A DNA stretch of 64,000 nucleotides from Pseudomonadota bacterium (GCA_022600805.1 JAHZJR010000030.1:2359-66358), one strand, 5' to 3'. Positions 32,678 to 43,484 are shown, counted from the stretch's first letter. Numbers and translations are program-made. The notes: generated by a model from the letters alone, not told the origin.

Positions 32678-33459
32678 AACAATACTCCTAAAATAATTCT
32701 ATACATAACAAACGGCATCAATCCAATCGTATCTAACAATTTAATAAAAAATACCACGGTCAGATATGCGCTAATCGCCGCTACAGAAAAACCAATAACC
32801 AGCATAAGCCAATCAACTGATTGTGGTTGCTGATACAGATCTAGCATCATCAACAATGCAGATAACGTAATCACTGGAATGGATAACAAAAAGGCAAATT
32901 GCGTTGACATGTTTTTAGACAAGCCAATCAATAAACCAGCAGTAATCGTAATACCTGATCTTGAGGTGCCTGGAATTAGCGCCAAAGCTTGCATAATGCC
33001 AATAAAACCAATATCTGTCCAGCCCAACTCAGCTCTTGGTGCTGTCTTACGGCCATCAATCCAGCTAGCCAAACCTAACAACAAGCCAAAAGCCAAAGTT
33101 GAATAAGCAATAATTTCGGTTGAACGCAAATTAACTTCAATAAAATCCTTAAATAACAACCCAGCCAATCCAACCGGAACGGTACCCAATAAAACACCCC
33201 AAGCCATCTTAGATTGGCCAACAGTTTGAACCTTGATAACTGAGTAGAAAAAATCAACCATTAACATTTTAATAATGGCTCGGTAATAAAACACAATGGC
33301 ACTCAAAGTACCCATGTGCACAACCACATCAAAAGCCAATCCTTGGTCGGGCCAGTCCGTTATTTTTGGCACCAGAATTAAATGTGCCGAAGAAGAGATT
33401 GGCAAAAATTCACTTAGTCCCTGAACAAGTGATAATACTATTGTTTGAATGAAATCCAT
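32665..33459 (-). CDS. uppP: Undecaprenyl-diphosphatase
   Basis: QGLSEFLPISSSAHL, ALIPGTSRSG, FAFLLSIP. Confidence 0.96.
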   Translation of the reverse strand: MDFIQTIVLSLVQGLSEFLPISSSAHLILVPKITDWPDQGLAFDVVVHMGTLSAIVFYYRAIIKMLMVDFFYSVIKVQTVGQSKMAWGVLLGTVPVGLAGLLFKDFIEVNLRSTEIIAYSTLAFGLLLGLASWIDGRKTAPRAELGWTDIGFIGIMQALALIPGTSRSGITITAGLLIGLSKNMSTQFAFLLSIPVITLSALLMMLDLYQQPQSVDWLMLVIGFSVAAISAYLTVVFFIKLLDTIGLMPFVMYRIILGVLLLTL

Positions 33460-33472
33460 AATAACGATAAGT

Positions 33473-34570
33473 TTACAACTTATGACTTAGGTCTTGTTCT
33501 TTAAATCCGATTAATTTTACGTGACTTGATTTACTCAGAGCTAAAACTTTAAAGCTTTCACCCATGGCACTTGGTAGAACCAGCTGCTTAATTTGCTGAC
33601 CCAAACTAATACGTCGAGCCTCATCTTGTTCAGCAAGGAGATATTCATCAATTCTTAATGACATTAAAAATAAAGCTTGTGTGGCATACCCAGCCACCTT
33701 AAAGCCAGATAGTTTTGCTTGCTCTGCAATGTCCGAAAAATTAACTGATGTTGTAATATCTTGCTTACCAATATGTACAAAAGGATTGTCGCTAGCTTTA
33801 TGTTGATAATAACAACGAAGTGTACCTTCGAGTCGTTGCGGATGAAAATACTCATCCCTATGCATACCATAATCAATCAGCAAAACAAGCGCCTCATCTA
33901 GTGCATCAGACAGTGAATCAATCCAGGCCATAGCTCTTGGGTTTGTCTCGGTTGTGTAACCCTCATTAACATTAACAGGCAATTTAATGTTTGCATCTTG
34001 ATACGCATCATCACTGAGAGACCAACTCAACTGACCTTTAACTATACCAACACAAAGTTCATGAAATTTCCCTTCTTTTTGTGTCAAGCGCTTAGCAGGC
34101 ATGGCATCTAATACTTCATTAGCAATGACCACGCCATTAAACCCTTCTGGCAATTGATCAAGCCAAACTACGCGATCTAATAACTCTGGCAAAGCTTTAG
34201 CGATAGTTTGCTGTTGTCGATGTCGCAATTCACCACTCAGCTCAAGGATATAATAATACCTAGGTAAGCATTCTAAACGACCGAGCTCAAACAACACTTG
34301 CGCTGCCAACACACCACTACCAGCGCCAAACTCTAAAATACTTTTATTGCCATCAAGAATTTGCGCACACTGTTTTGCTAAACAAAAACCAAATAAATCT
34401 GAAGTTTCAGGTGCAGTAATAAAATCGCCTTTTTCTCCAAATTTTTCAGAACCAGAACGATAATAACCCAGTTTAGGAGAATATAAAGCTAACTCCATAA
34501 ATTCATCGAACCCAATAGGCGCTTGATTTTGTATAATAGTATTTTTAATTACTTCAGTTAGTTTCATCAC
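33473..34570 (-). CDS. SAM-dependent methyltransferase, NDUFAF7/MidA family
   Basis: FMELALY...GYY, GDFITAPE, EFGAGSG, ANEVLDAMP, DYG, QDITTSVNF, MGESFKVL. Confidence 0.88.
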   Translation of the reverse strand: MMKLTEVIKNTIIQNQAPIGFDEFMELALYSPKLGYYRSGSEKFGEKGDFITAPETSDLFGFCLAKQCAQILDGNKSILEFGAGSGVLAAQVLFELGRLECLPRYYYILELSGELRHRQQQTIAKALPELLDRVVWLDQLPEGFNGVVIANEVLDAMPAKRLTQKEGKFHELCVGIVKGQLSWSLSDDAYQDANIKLPVNVNEGYTTETNPRAMAWIDSLSDALDEALVLLIDYGMHRDEYFHPQRLEGTLRCYYQHKASDNPFVHIGKQDITTSVNFSDIAEQAKLSGFKVAGYATQALFLMSLRIDEYLLAEQDEARRISLGQQIKQLVLPSAMGESFKVLALSKSSHVKLIGFKEQDLSHKL

Positions 34571-34583
34571 ATCGGTATTTTAT

Positions 34584-35303
34584 ATGAAAACAGCATTAAT
34601 CACAGGAGGTGCGCACCGTATCGGTCAACAAGTTTGCCGCACATTGCACCAAGACAACTTTAATATTATCATTCACTACAATACCTCTGAGCTAGCTGCT
34701 CAAAATTTGGCTGATGAGCTTAATTCTATCCGCGCCGATTCTGCCACAATAAGGCAGGCGCTACTTTCTAATATTAATGAAATTGAACAATTGTGCCAAT
34801 CTATTGAATCATTAGATGTATTGGTCAATAACGCTTCAGTATTTTACCCAACCCCAATCAACCAGCTCAATCCATCGGATTATCAAAACATCATGAATAC
34901 CAACTTAATGGGGCCATTATTTTTATCAAGCACACTCAGCACAAAACTTGCTCATAACCAAGGGTGCATTATTAATATTGTAGATATTCATGGGGATAGA
35001 CCATTAAGAAATCACACAATTTACAATATTTCCAAGGCAGCTATTGCCATGATGACAAAAACATTGGCTAAAGAATTAGCACCCAACATTCGCGTCAATG
35101 GCGTCTCACCAGGATCAATCTTATGGCCTGAAAATGCAGCAGAGTTAACCTCCTCACAAAAACAATCTATGCTTGATAAAATTGCCTTAAACAAACAAGG
35201 GTCTCCACAGGACATTGCCAAAACTGTGCTTTTTTTAACGCAATCAAACTACATAACCGGTCAAATTGTCGCTGTAGATGGCGGACGTAGCCTAAACCAA
35301 TAA
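34584..35303 (+). CDS. folM: Pteridine reductase (FolM/PTR1-type SDR)
   Basis: TGGAHRIG, IHYN, NNAS, IVDIHG, YNISK, RVNGVSPG. Confidence 0.82.
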   Translation: MKTALITGGAHRIGQQVCRTLHQDNFNIIIHYNTSELAAQNLADELNSIRADSATIRQALLSNINEIEQLCQSIESLDVLVNNASVFYPTPINQLNPSDYQNIMNTNLMGPLFLSSTLSTKLAHNQGCIINIVDIHGDRPLRNHTIYNISKAAIAMMTKTLAKELAPNIRVNGVSPGSILWPENAAELTSSQKQSMLDKIALNKQGSPQDIAKTVLFLTQSNYITGQIVAVDGGRSLNQ

Positions 35304-35351
35304 AAATCAGTCAGCATAAAAAACGTTACCAGCCTTTAAGTTAGATATTTG

Positions 35352-35653
35352 TGTTATAATAAAGAGGCTTGATATTTAATTTTTATCAGCTAAAAAGAAT
35401 TTACAAATACTTCTGTGCCAAGAAAAAAACCACAGAAGTTTGATAATATTTTGGGCTTATTATTGCCACATAAGAGAATAATTCATGGCTTTCTGCGACA
35501 GAGTGGAAAGACCTGATAAGGGTTATAAAACCCTTATAAATAAAGGTTTTTTATCATTTATGATGAACACAAATTACACTCTAATAACAAATCAATACGT
35601 TCGTATTGATTATCTATGTGCGCAGGTAAGTCCACCATTACAAGGACTTAACC
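35352..35653 (+). promoter_or_regulatory. rne promoter (extended -10) and long structured 5' leader
   Basis: TG-T-TATAAT at 35352-35360. Hairpins ACTTCTGTG/CACAGAAGT (35409-35439) and ATAAGGGTT/AACCCTTAT (35516-35537) lie in about 290 nt before the ATG. Confidence 0.55.
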
Positions 35654-37789
35654 ATGAATCATATTTTAATCAACGCCACTCACAAGGAAGAAATCAGAGT
35701 TGGTGTTGTCAAAAACAAAAAGCTTACTGGGCTTAATATTGAGACCAGTCTTAATAAAAAGACTAAAGGCAATATTTATCGCGGGAAGATTTCTCGTGTT
35801 GAGCAATCATTAGAAGCCGCATTTGTTGACTATGGCAAAGAAAGGCAAGGCTTCCTGCCCTTTAAAGAAGTAGCGGAATCCCTATACAATGGTGCTACGC
35901 CAAAAGGCTCAAAACTCACCATCTCTGATGTTTTAAAAGAAGGTCAAGAGATTATTGTCCAGGTGGAAAAAGAAGAGCGCGGTAACAAAGGTGCAGCCCT
36001 TAGCACCTATATCAATTTAGCTGGCGCTTACATGATCTTAACGCCAAACAATGCTAAAAGTCATGGCATATCTCGTCAAATTACCTCATCTGACAGACAA
36101 TCATTAAAAGAGATTATTGGCAAGATTGTTATGCCAAAAAATTCTGGATTAATCATACGTACTGCAGGCAGTGGTAAGAGCTTAGAAGAATTGCAATGGG
36201 AAGTTGACTACTTATCTGATCTTTGGAAATCAATTAATACTGCAGCAGAAAAACGTTCGGCACCTTTCTTGATTTACCAAGAAAGTGACATTATTATTCG
36301 CACCCTTCGCGACCATTTACGCTCTGACACAGATAGTGTTATTATTGATGAACTTGAAGCATTTCAAAACGCTAAAGAGTTTGTTAGCTTTGTACTACCC
36401 CAATACTTAGATCGCATTAAGTTTTTTGATGTAACTGAGCACTCTTTGTTCAACCATATGGGCGTAGAAAATCAAGTCAAAAGCGTTTTCAATCGTGAAG
36501 TAGCTCTACGTACTGGCGCTACTATTGTCTTTGATCCAACAGAAGCCTTAACTGCAATTGACATCAACTCTGCACGCGCCACTAAAGGCTCTGATATTGA
36601 AGAAACTGCCTACAATACAAACTTAGAAGCTGCTAAGGAGATTGCACTTCAATTGCAACTCAGAGACATTGGTGGACTCGTTGTTATTGACTTTATCGAT
36701 ATGGCCTCTGAAGAGCATCGTCAAGCAATTGAAAAAGCGATGGAGACTGCCACCCAATCGGATCGAGCTCGCATTCAAATTGGCAATATTTCTAAATTTG
36801 GCTTACTTGAGATGTCTAGACAACGCTTAATGAGCTCGGTCACAGAATCGGTTGAAAAATCTTGTCCAGCTTGTCACGGTCGTGGCACTACACCAACCAT
36901 TCCAACGCTAGCCCTATCTATTCTTAGACAGTTAGAAGATGGCTGTAATGCCAGCAATCAGACATCCAGAATCACTATTCAATCAAGCGTTGAAGTGATT
37001 ACTTATATCTTAAACGAAAAGCGTCAAGATGTTGCTAGATTAGAAATCAAACACGGCATTAAAATCACCCTACTGCCAAACCCTTACATGCAATTTCCTA
37101 ACTTTAGCATCAACAAGCAAAAAGGCAGTAAAAAGTCTCAACATAAGAGCTACCAAGGTATTTCCAAGCCTCAACAAACTTTGGCAGAAAACGGCTTAGC
37201 AGATGAATCCGAAATACCAGCTGTTAACATGAACCGACCACAAACTCGTGTACCTGAAATCGTAAAAGAAGCGCAAAAACCTTCTTTATTTGCAAGAATT
37301 AAAGCCGCTTTATTTGGAAAAAATAAGCGCAAACCTAATAAGAAAAAACCGAATTCTAACAATAAAAATCGCAATAGAAATCGTAATAGAAATCGTAATA
37401 AAAACAAACCTAGCAATTCAAATCAGCAAAATCAAGCTAGACAGCAGCAAAATCAGGCAAAAAAACAAGGCAATAAACAACCTGTAAAACAGCAAAATAA
37501 ACCAAAGCAACAACAAGGTCAGGCAAAAAAACAAGGCAATAAACAACCTGTAAAACAGCAAAATAAATCAAAGCAAGAACAGAATAATAAGCCAAACAAT
37601 AGGTCTAAAAACCCTACTACTGAGGCTTCAAAACAACCCAAATTTGATGCCAGTAAGCAACACCCTAATCAAAAGTCAGCATCTACTCCTGCAACAGCAA
37701 AACACCCTGAAGTTAAGCAGCCAAAAACAAAACAAACTGAAGTTATGCAAGTAAAGGAAAAACAAGTAGAGACAAAGCAACCTGAATAA
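35654..37789 (+). CDS. rne: Ribonuclease E (compact, 711 aa)
   Basis: GNIYRG, EAAFVDYG...GFLP, TAIDINS, IDFIDM, Zn-link CPACHGRG, membrane helix SLFARIKAALFG, and an N/K/Q-rich tail. Confidence 0.96.
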   Translation: MNHILINATHKEEIRVGVVKNKKLTGLNIETSLNKKTKGNIYRGKISRVEQSLEAAFVDYGKERQGFLPFKEVAESLYNGATPKGSKLTISDVLKEGQEIIVQVEKEERGNKGAALSTYINLAGAYMILTPNNAKSHGISRQITSSDRQSLKEIIGKIVMPKNSGLIIRTAGSGKSLEELQWEVDYLSDLWKSINTAAEKRSAPFLIYQESDIIIRTLRDHLRSDTDSVIIDELEAFQNAKEFVSFVLPQYLDRIKFFDVTEHSLFNHMGVENQVKSVFNREVALRTGATIVFDPTEALTAIDINSARATKGSDIEETAYNTNLEAAKEIALQLQLRDIGGLVVIDFIDMASEEHRQAIEKAMETATQSDRARIQIGNISKFGLLEMSRQRLMSSVTESVEKSCPACHGRGTTPTIPTLALSILRQLEDGCNASNQTSRITIQSSVEVITYILNEKRQDVARLEIKHGIKITLLPNPYMQFPNFSINKQKGSKKSQHKSYQGISKPQQTLAENGLADESEIPAVNMNRPQTRVPEIVKEAQKPSLFARIKAALFGKNKRKPNKKKPNSNNKNRNRNRNRNRNKNKPSNSNQQNQARQQQNQAKKQGNKQPVKQQNKPKQQQGQAKKQGNKQPVKQQNKSKQEQNNKPNNRSKNPTTEASKQPKFDASKQHPNQKSASTPATAKHPEVKQPKTKQTEVMQVKEKQVETKQPE
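37453..37575 (+). repeat. In-frame direct repeat in the rne C-terminal tail
   Basis: Identical 49-nt copies at 37453-37501 and 37519-37567 (66-nt period) encode QAKKQGNKQPVKQQNK twice. An (NR)n run lies upstream at about 37367-37399. Confidence 0.9.
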
Positions 37790-37793
37790 ACCT

Positions 37794-38597
37794 ATGTACA
37801 ATTTAGCAGTATTTGGCAACCCCATAGAACATAGCTTATCCCCTACTATTCACGCTGAGTTTGCACAGCAAACCGGTGTAGAGGTTAATTACGACAAAAT
37901 ATTGGCGCCCATTGACGGCTTTAATCACAAGGCTCAGCAATTTATCGATGAAGGGGCTACTGGTTTTAATATCACAGTACCTTTTAAATTAGACGCTTAT
38001 AATTTCTCAACAAAACTTACGCTTAATGCAAAAACTGCAGGTGCGGTTAATACCATTAAAGTTGAAGGGTCTGAATTAGTTGGTGAAAACACTGATGGCA
38101 TAGGGCTGGTTAACGACTTGGTTAACAATCTTGGTGTCAATTTAAAAGACAAGACGATTTTAATTTTAGGTGCAGGTGGCGCAACACAAGGCATCTTGCT
38201 ACCATTACTAAAAGAAAATCCAAAGCGTGTCATGATTGCTAATCGCACTGCTAGTAAGGCCCAACAATTACAACAGGACTTTGCACAATACGGCAATACT
38301 TGTGGGTTTGGCCTTGAAAAAATCAAGAATGAGCCTATCGATGTTATCATCAATGCAACGAGCGCCTCACTAGACAAAAAGATGCCTGATATTGCATCAG
38401 GATGTGCCAATCACGCAATTTGTTACGACTTGATGTATGGCGAACAAACACCCTTTATGAATTGGGCTAAAGACAACAATGCTTCAATGATTGCAGATGG
38501 CATTGGCATGTTGGTTGAACAAGCAGCCAGTAGTTTTGAATTTTGGACAGGTGTAAAACCCGATACTCACACCGTGATAAAAAATCTACGGAGCTAG
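37794..38597 (+). CDS. aroE: Shikimate dehydrogenase
   Basis: [42 protein letters not shown]. Confidence 0.96.
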   Translation: MYNLAVFGNPIEHSLSPTIHAEFAQQTGVEVNYDKILAPIDGFNHKAQQFIDEGATGFNITVPFKLDAYNFSTKLTLNAKTAGAVNTIKVEGSELVGENTDGIGLVNDLVNNLGVNLKDKTILILGAGGATQGILLPLLKENPKRVMIANRTASKAQQLQQDFAQYGNTCGFGLEKIKNEPIDVIINATSASLDKKMPDIASGCANHAICYDLMYGEQTPFMNWAKDNNASMIADGIGMLVEQAASSFEFWTGVKPDTHTVIKNLRS

Positions 38598-39218
38598 GCG
38601 CTCAATAATCCAATCTTTATCTTGCTTTAAATAGACAAATCGATCGTGCAGGCGATTTTCTCTACCTTGCCAAAACTCAATACGATGAGGAATGACTCGA
38701 TATCCACCCCAAAAATCAGGCAATGGAACCTCGCCTTTTTTAAATTTATTTTTCATCGCTTCAAATTGTGTCAATAGCGCTTGTCTTGATGAAAGAAAAC
38801 CAGATTGGTTTGACGCCCAAGCACCTAGCTGAGAATCTTTTGGACGTGATGAAAAATATTTAATAGAGTCTAATGTCGAAATTTTTTCTACTCGACCTGA
38901 AATTTTAACCTGTCTTTCTAAATCCAGCCAAGGAAACAATAAAGCTGCATTCGGATTTTCTTGAATTTGCTGTGATTTTTTTGAATGGTAATTAGTAAAA
39001 AACACAAAGCCTTGTTCATCAAATGACTTTAATAAAACTGTTCTAACACTCACTTCATCAACATCACTAGTGGCAAGACTCATGGCATTAGGCAAGGTTA
39101 GGTTTGCCTCGCTTGCCTGCTGCATCCATAGTTCAAACTGCACAAAAGGATTGCTATTCATTTGCTGACGAGATATGCCGTTACTGGTAAACTCTCGTCT
39201 CATTGCGTTAAGATCCAT
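38586..39218 (-). CDS. pdxH: Pyridoxamine 5'-phosphate oxidase
   Basis: [37 protein letters not shown]. Confidence 0.96.
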   Translation of the reverse strand: MDLNAMRREFTSNGISRQQMNSNPFVQFELWMQQASEANLTLPNAMSLATSDVDEVSVRTVLLKSFDEQGFVFFTNYHSKKSQQIQENPNAALLFPWLDLERQVKISGRVEKISTLDSIKYFSSRPKDSQLGAWASNQSGFLSSRQALLTQFEAMKNKFKKGEVPLPDFWGGYRVIPHRIEFWQGRENRLHDRFVYLKQDKDWIIERLAP

Positions 39219-39220
39219 AC

Positions 39221-40450
39221 TTATTGAAAGGGCAACTTGTTTAAGACTTTAGATAGTGGCGAAGAAGTATTAGCCTTTGCCTCAGTCAAATGACTAGAAA
39301 TCAAATACTTAATCGGTGGAAAGTTTTCAGCAAATTTTAAAACCAACTTTCTGACTTGTTTAACGACAGGTGCATCGTTGGTAAATAGTGCGACAACGCT
39401 ATTTGTGCCGAAAAACATCAGTCGTGTTAAATTAATATGCTTCTTTTCAAATAATTTTAACAAGGGTTTGGAGCCGATATCTTGACCGTGGGCAAGTGCT
39501 TCTTTAATCAAAGAAGTCAAGATATCTTGCCCTCTTAAACCTAAATTAAATCCGTGTGCAGTAACTGGGTGCATACCAACAGCAGCATCGCCAATTAACG
39601 CAAATCGATCTGCGATAAAAGTTTGCGCATGTACGCCCACCAAAGGATAAGAGTGTCTTTTACCCTCTTGCACCATAGCACCTAGCTCACCTTTGAAATC
39701 TTGAGTGATTTTTTCATTAAACTCATGTTCGCTCATATCAAGCATCTTTTGAGCCTGATCAGTTTTAACCGTTAGCACTACTGATGAAGCATTGCCTACC
39801 ATCGGCAAAAGCGCCAGTGTTTGGCCATAATCAAAACACTCCAATGCAATATTATTGTGAGACTGCTCATGTGTCATTTTTGTGACAATCATCACTTTAG
39901 AAAAATCTTTCATCAATGATGGAATACCCACTTTACGACGAATATTGGAGAAGCGACTATCAGCTGCAATCACCAGTTTTGCCTCAACCGAGTTATTATC
40001 AGCAAAAATGACCTTGGCGTATTCATCGCAATACACCACATTATCAACAGCAGAATCAGTGATAATTTCGATGTTATCAGCTTGACTTACGCGCTGATAA
40101 AGTGCTTTTCTAACCTGATAATTTGGCACTAAATAGCCAAGCGCTTCAATTGAAGAGTGATCACTTTTAAAATTTAATAACGAAGGTGAGTCACCATCAA
40201 ATACTTTCGCTTCTCTTAATAAAGAAACTTCTGATTGGTCAACCAAATCCCAAACACCCAGCTTCTTTAAAATCTTTAAAGATAAATGCGTTAGTGCAAT
40301 CTCCCTGCCATCAGGCATTGGCGTAGATAGTGACTCTACACTAGATTTTTCCACCATTAAAATCTTAATATTTTCGCCTATCATTGAACTGGCAAAGCTA
40401 AGTCCTGCTGGGCCACAACCAATAATAACAATGTCATATGCTTTTTGCAT
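39221..40450 (-). CDS. ubiM: FAD-dependent ubiquinone-biosynthesis hydroxylase, UbiM-like
   Basis: [16 protein letters not shown] (UbiM-type), [24 protein letters not shown]. Confidence 0.8.
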   Translation of the reverse strand: MQKAYDIVIIGCGPAGLSFASSMIGENIKILMVEKSSVESLSTPMPDGREIALTHLSLKILKKLGVWDLVDQSEVSLLREAKVFDGDSPSLLNFKSDHSSIEALGYLVPNYQVRKALYQRVSQADNIEIITDSAVDNVVYCDEYAKVIFADNNSVEAKLVIAADSRFSNIRRKVGIPSLMKDFSKVMIVTKMTHEQSHNNIALECFDYGQTLALLPMVGNASSVVLTVKTDQAQKMLDMSEHEFNEKITQDFKGELGAMVQEGKRHSYPLVGVHAQTFIADRFALIGDAAVGMHPVTAHGFNLGLRGQDILTSLIKEALAHGQDIGSKPLLKLFEKKHINLTRLMFFGTNSVVALFTNDAPVVKQVRKLVLKFAENFPPIKYLISSHLTEAKANTSSPLSKVLNKLPFQ

Positions 40451-40502
40451 GTTTAGATCTAATATTTTTGAGATAATAGCAACATTATAACAATCAAGCC
40501 TT

Positions 40503-40922
40503 GTGATGATTTACGTTGTTATCCAATTCAGCTGTATTATTTATCTAGTTTTCAATATACAGCCCGATAATTTTGCTCTAATGGAGTATTTGCTAATTAT
40601 TGCCGCTATTGTTATTGGTTTAAGCGCCGTCGTGTCTATGAAGCTTAAGAACCTTAATATCCTCCCAGAATTAAAGAAAACTCATCATTTGCGAACAAAA
40701 GGGGTTTATCGTTTTGCCAGACACCCTATGTACACCAGCGTTTTATTGTTATGTTTGGCATTCATGTTGAGCAATTCACATTTATTTGCTCAAATAGTCA
40801 TGCTAATTCTATTTATTGATCTAATATTAAAATCTAACTTAGAAGAAAAGTTATTGACTGAACGTTTCCAAAATTACCCAAAATACCGTCAAAAAACGGG
40901 CCGATTCTTGCCGTTCTTATAA
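40503..40922 (+). CDS. ICMT/PEMT-family membrane methyltransferase
   Basis: LRTKGVYRFARHPMY, EEKLL, YPKY...GRFLP. Confidence 0.82.
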   Translation: MMIYVVIQFSCIIYLVFNIQPDNFALMEYLLIIAAIVIGLSAVVSMKLKNLNILPELKKTHHLRTKGVYRFARHPMYTSVLLLCLAFMLSNSHLFAQIVMLILFIDLILKSNLEEKLLTERFQNYPKYRQKTGRFLPFL

Positions 40923-41969
40923 ATCTTTTAACTGCTGAATAGCTTCTTCATTCCCCAATTTAGAAAGCTTCCTTAACCAATATTTAGCTTTGTTGGTAGA
41001 ACGCTTAACGCCAGTACCCTGTAGATACATATCTGCCACTTTGCTCCAGGCAGGCTGATGCCCTTTTCTGGCAGCAGCTATTGTAAAACTGTAAGCCTTA
41101 GATAGGCTTGTTTTTACACCTTGACCCAATTCATAATGTCTGGCAATGTCTAGGTAAGCTGCCAAATTCCCTTGTTTAACTGCCTGTTGATATAGTTTAT
41201 GTGACTTTCGATAATTCTGTTTAGGATCCGAATCATAGAGCGAAGCCAGTTTATAACTTAAATGAATATTTCCATTTTTATATGACTTTTGGTACCAATC
41301 AAATGATTGTTGAGCACTTTCAATTTCGGAGAATTTATACAGGAAAAAACCCTGCTCAATTAATGATGCCAACTTTTCTTGAGCCTGTGCATGATTTTGA
41401 GCGGCAGATTTGAACAGCCATTCGTATGCTTTTTCATAATCCTCATCATCTGCATAAGCCACACCTAATCGATACTGCTCATCACTATTACCAGATTTAG
41501 CAGCCTCAATTTTCCATTTGCTAGCTAATAATGCATTTTTCTTGACCCCATTACCTTGCTCATACATTTGTGATAGATTATATTGCGCATCTGCATAACC
41601 CTGATTGGCAGATTTCTTCATCCATTGATGAGCGGACTTTAAATTTCTTTCAACCCCAATACCTAAATAATACATACTAGCTAGCGCATACTGACCTTTT
41701 GCATGACCGGCAGCAGCTGATTCTTGCAAATAACCAATCCCTATTTTGTCATCTTGCTCAACACCATGGCCTTCAATATACATAAGACCTAAGGCTGTTT
41801 TTGCTGCTAAATTGCCCGTCTTATTTGCATATAGAAAAGCCTTAAAAGCTTTTTCATAATTCTGCTCAACACCATCACCATAATAATATGCTTTAGCTCG
41901 ATCATATAGATCAGATTCAGCAAACAAGGTGCCACTCAATAGCAAGAAAAATAAAGACAATACTTTCAT
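40917..41969 (-). CDS. Secreted Sel1-repeat protein
   Basis: Signal peptide and repeated A(Q/K)xxLGxxYxxGxGVxxxxxxAxxW units. Confidence 0.9.
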   Translation of the reverse strand: MKVLSLFFLLLSGTLFAESDLYDRAKAYYYGDGVEQNYEKAFKAFLYANKTGNLAAKTALGLMYIEGHGVEQDDKIGIGYLQESAAAGHAKGQYALASMYYLGIGVERNLKSAHQWMKKSANQGYADAQYNLSQMYEQGNGVKKNALLASKWKIEAAKSGNSDEQYRLGVAYADDEDYEKAYEWLFKSAAQNHAQAQEKLASLIEQGFFLYKFSEIESAQQSFDWYQKSYKNGNIHLSYKLASLYDSDPKQNYRKSHKLYQQAVKQGNLAAYLDIARHYELGQGVKTSLSKAYSFTIAAARKGHQPAWSKVADMYLQGTGVKRSTNKAKYWLRKLSKLGNEEAIQQLKDL

Positions 41970-42017
41970 AAATTAGATTGTATACGATAAATCAATACAG
42001 ATGATAACAACCATTTG

Positions 42018-42359
42018 CTAAGTAGCTTTGTTTTTATGTATATCGCCCCAAATGTAAAGTGCTTTTAATATCGGTTTCAAGCTTTTTCCATAAGGCGTTA
42101 GAGAATATTCAACTTTTGGAGGGACAACTGGATAAACCTCTCTGTGTACTATTTCATCTCTCTCGAGCTCTCTTAGTTTTTGAATTAGCATTTTTTGTGT
42201 AATTCTCGGCATTAATTTTTGCAATTCGTTAAATCTTTTTGTCTCTGATAATAGATACCACAAAATCAATATCTTCCACTTTCCCGCCAAAATATCAATA
42301 GATGTTTCAACCGGACATTTTTCATGATCTTTATTTTTTTTAATCTTCATTTTTTCCAT
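42018..42359 (-). CDS. HxlR-family winged-helix regulator
   Basis: [48 protein letters not shown]. Confidence 0.93.
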   Translation of the reverse strand: MEKMKIKKNKDHEKCPVETSIDILAGKWKILILWYLLSETKRFNELQKLMPRITQKMLIQKLRELERDEIVHREVYPVVPPKVEYSLTPYGKSLKPILKALYIWGDIHKNKAT

Positions 42360-42381
42360 CTGGTTTATAAAAGGATAGTAC

Positions 42382-42396
42382 CTTACAAAAAAGTAG
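42382..42396. promoter_or_regulatory. Candidate HxlR operator
   Basis: Imperfect inverted repeat CTTAC-AAAAAA-GTAG in the short divergent intergenic region. Confidence 0.35.
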
Positions 42397-42464
42397 GTTC
42401 TTCCAATAATAAACTACTTAAGTTACAATATTCACATATATTAATAAAAAAAGGTAATGGATTA

Positions 42465-43439
42465 ATGAAAGCTTTTGTAGTTGAACAGATTAAAGATAAA
42501 GAATTTACAAGCTCTGTCACAGAAATTGAGAAGCCCGTTCTGAGCGAGAACGAGGTTTTAATCAAAACTTCTTACTCATCATTAAACTATAAAGATGCTT
42601 TAAGTGCAGCTGGAAATCCTGGCGTCACCAGAGTTTTTCCACATATAACAGGTATTGATGTCAGTGGCATTGTAGCCGAGTCTAAATCAAACCTATTTGC
42701 AATTGGCGATGAAGTGTTAATAACTGGTTACGATTTAGGCATGAACACCAATGGCGGTCATAGTGAATTTGTAAAAGTCCCAGACAACTGGATAGTAAAA
42801 AAGCCAGATAATATCTCTTTAAGAGAGTTAATGATTTATGGCACAGCTGGCTTGACAGCGGCCTTAAGTATTAATGAGCTATTAAACAATGGCGTTACAA
42901 ATGGCGAAGTACTGGTTACAGGCGCCACTGGTGGTGTTGGCAGTATTTCTGTTGCAATTTTATCTAAACTTGGGTTTGAGGTTGTCGCTCTTTCTGGCAA
43001 GGCTGATCAAGCAAATTATTTAAAAACCATTGGCGCTAAAGAAGTGATATTAAGACAAGATTTTGACATTGAAAACAAAAGACCAATGGGCAGAGAAAGA
43101 TTTTCAGGGGTAATAGACACAGTGGGTGGTAATATATTGGCTGAAGCTCTAAAACAAATCAAATACGGTGGCGTTGCCACCTGTTGTGGACTCACAGCCT
43201 CACCTATATTTAACACTAATGTATTTCCTTTTATTTTGCGAGGTGTCAGACTAATTGGGATCGATTCAGTTGAAAGTTCGTTAACTAAGAAAACTCAAGC
43301 CTGGGAAAAAATCGCTAATGAGTTTAAATTAGATATGCTTGACCAACTAGTGCATGAAATATCACTCGATGAAATTCAGCTAGCTTATAAAAAGATGTTA
43401 ACAGCAAAATCAGTGGGCAGATATTTAGTAAAGCTATAG
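42465..43439 (+). CDS. YhdH/AcuI-family quinone oxidoreductase / acryloyl-CoA reductase-like
   Basis: YSSLNYKDAL, GIDVSG, VTGATGGVGS, DTVGG, FILRGVRLIGIDS. Start set at ATG 42465 (MKAFVVE). Confidence 0.9.
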   Translation: MKAFVVEQIKDKEFTSSVTEIEKPVLSENEVLIKTSYSSLNYKDALSAAGNPGVTRVFPHITGIDVSGIVAESKSNLFAIGDEVLITGYDLGMNTNGGHSEFVKVPDNWIVKKPDNISLRELMIYGTAGLTAALSINELLNNGVTNGEVLVTGATGGVGSISVAILSKLGFEVVALSGKADQANYLKTIGAKEVILRQDFDIENKRPMGRERFSGVIDTVGGNILAEALKQIKYGGVATCCGLTASPIFNTNVFPFILRGVRLIGIDSVESSLTKKTQAWEKIANEFKLDMLDQLVHEISLDEIQLAYKKMLTAKSVGRYLVKL

Positions 43440-43484
43440 CAAGCCAAGGTTAAACTAAAAAAAAAGACACAATAACTTTAAAGA

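Noticed and set aside
35485-35736. 83-aa ORF overlapping the rne leader and start
   Set aside because: It overlaps rne out of frame, has no recognisable domain, and the region is better explained as a structured UTR.
37453-37575. rne repeats as a CRISPR-like array
   Set aside because: Only two copies, in frame within a CDS, with no cas genes.
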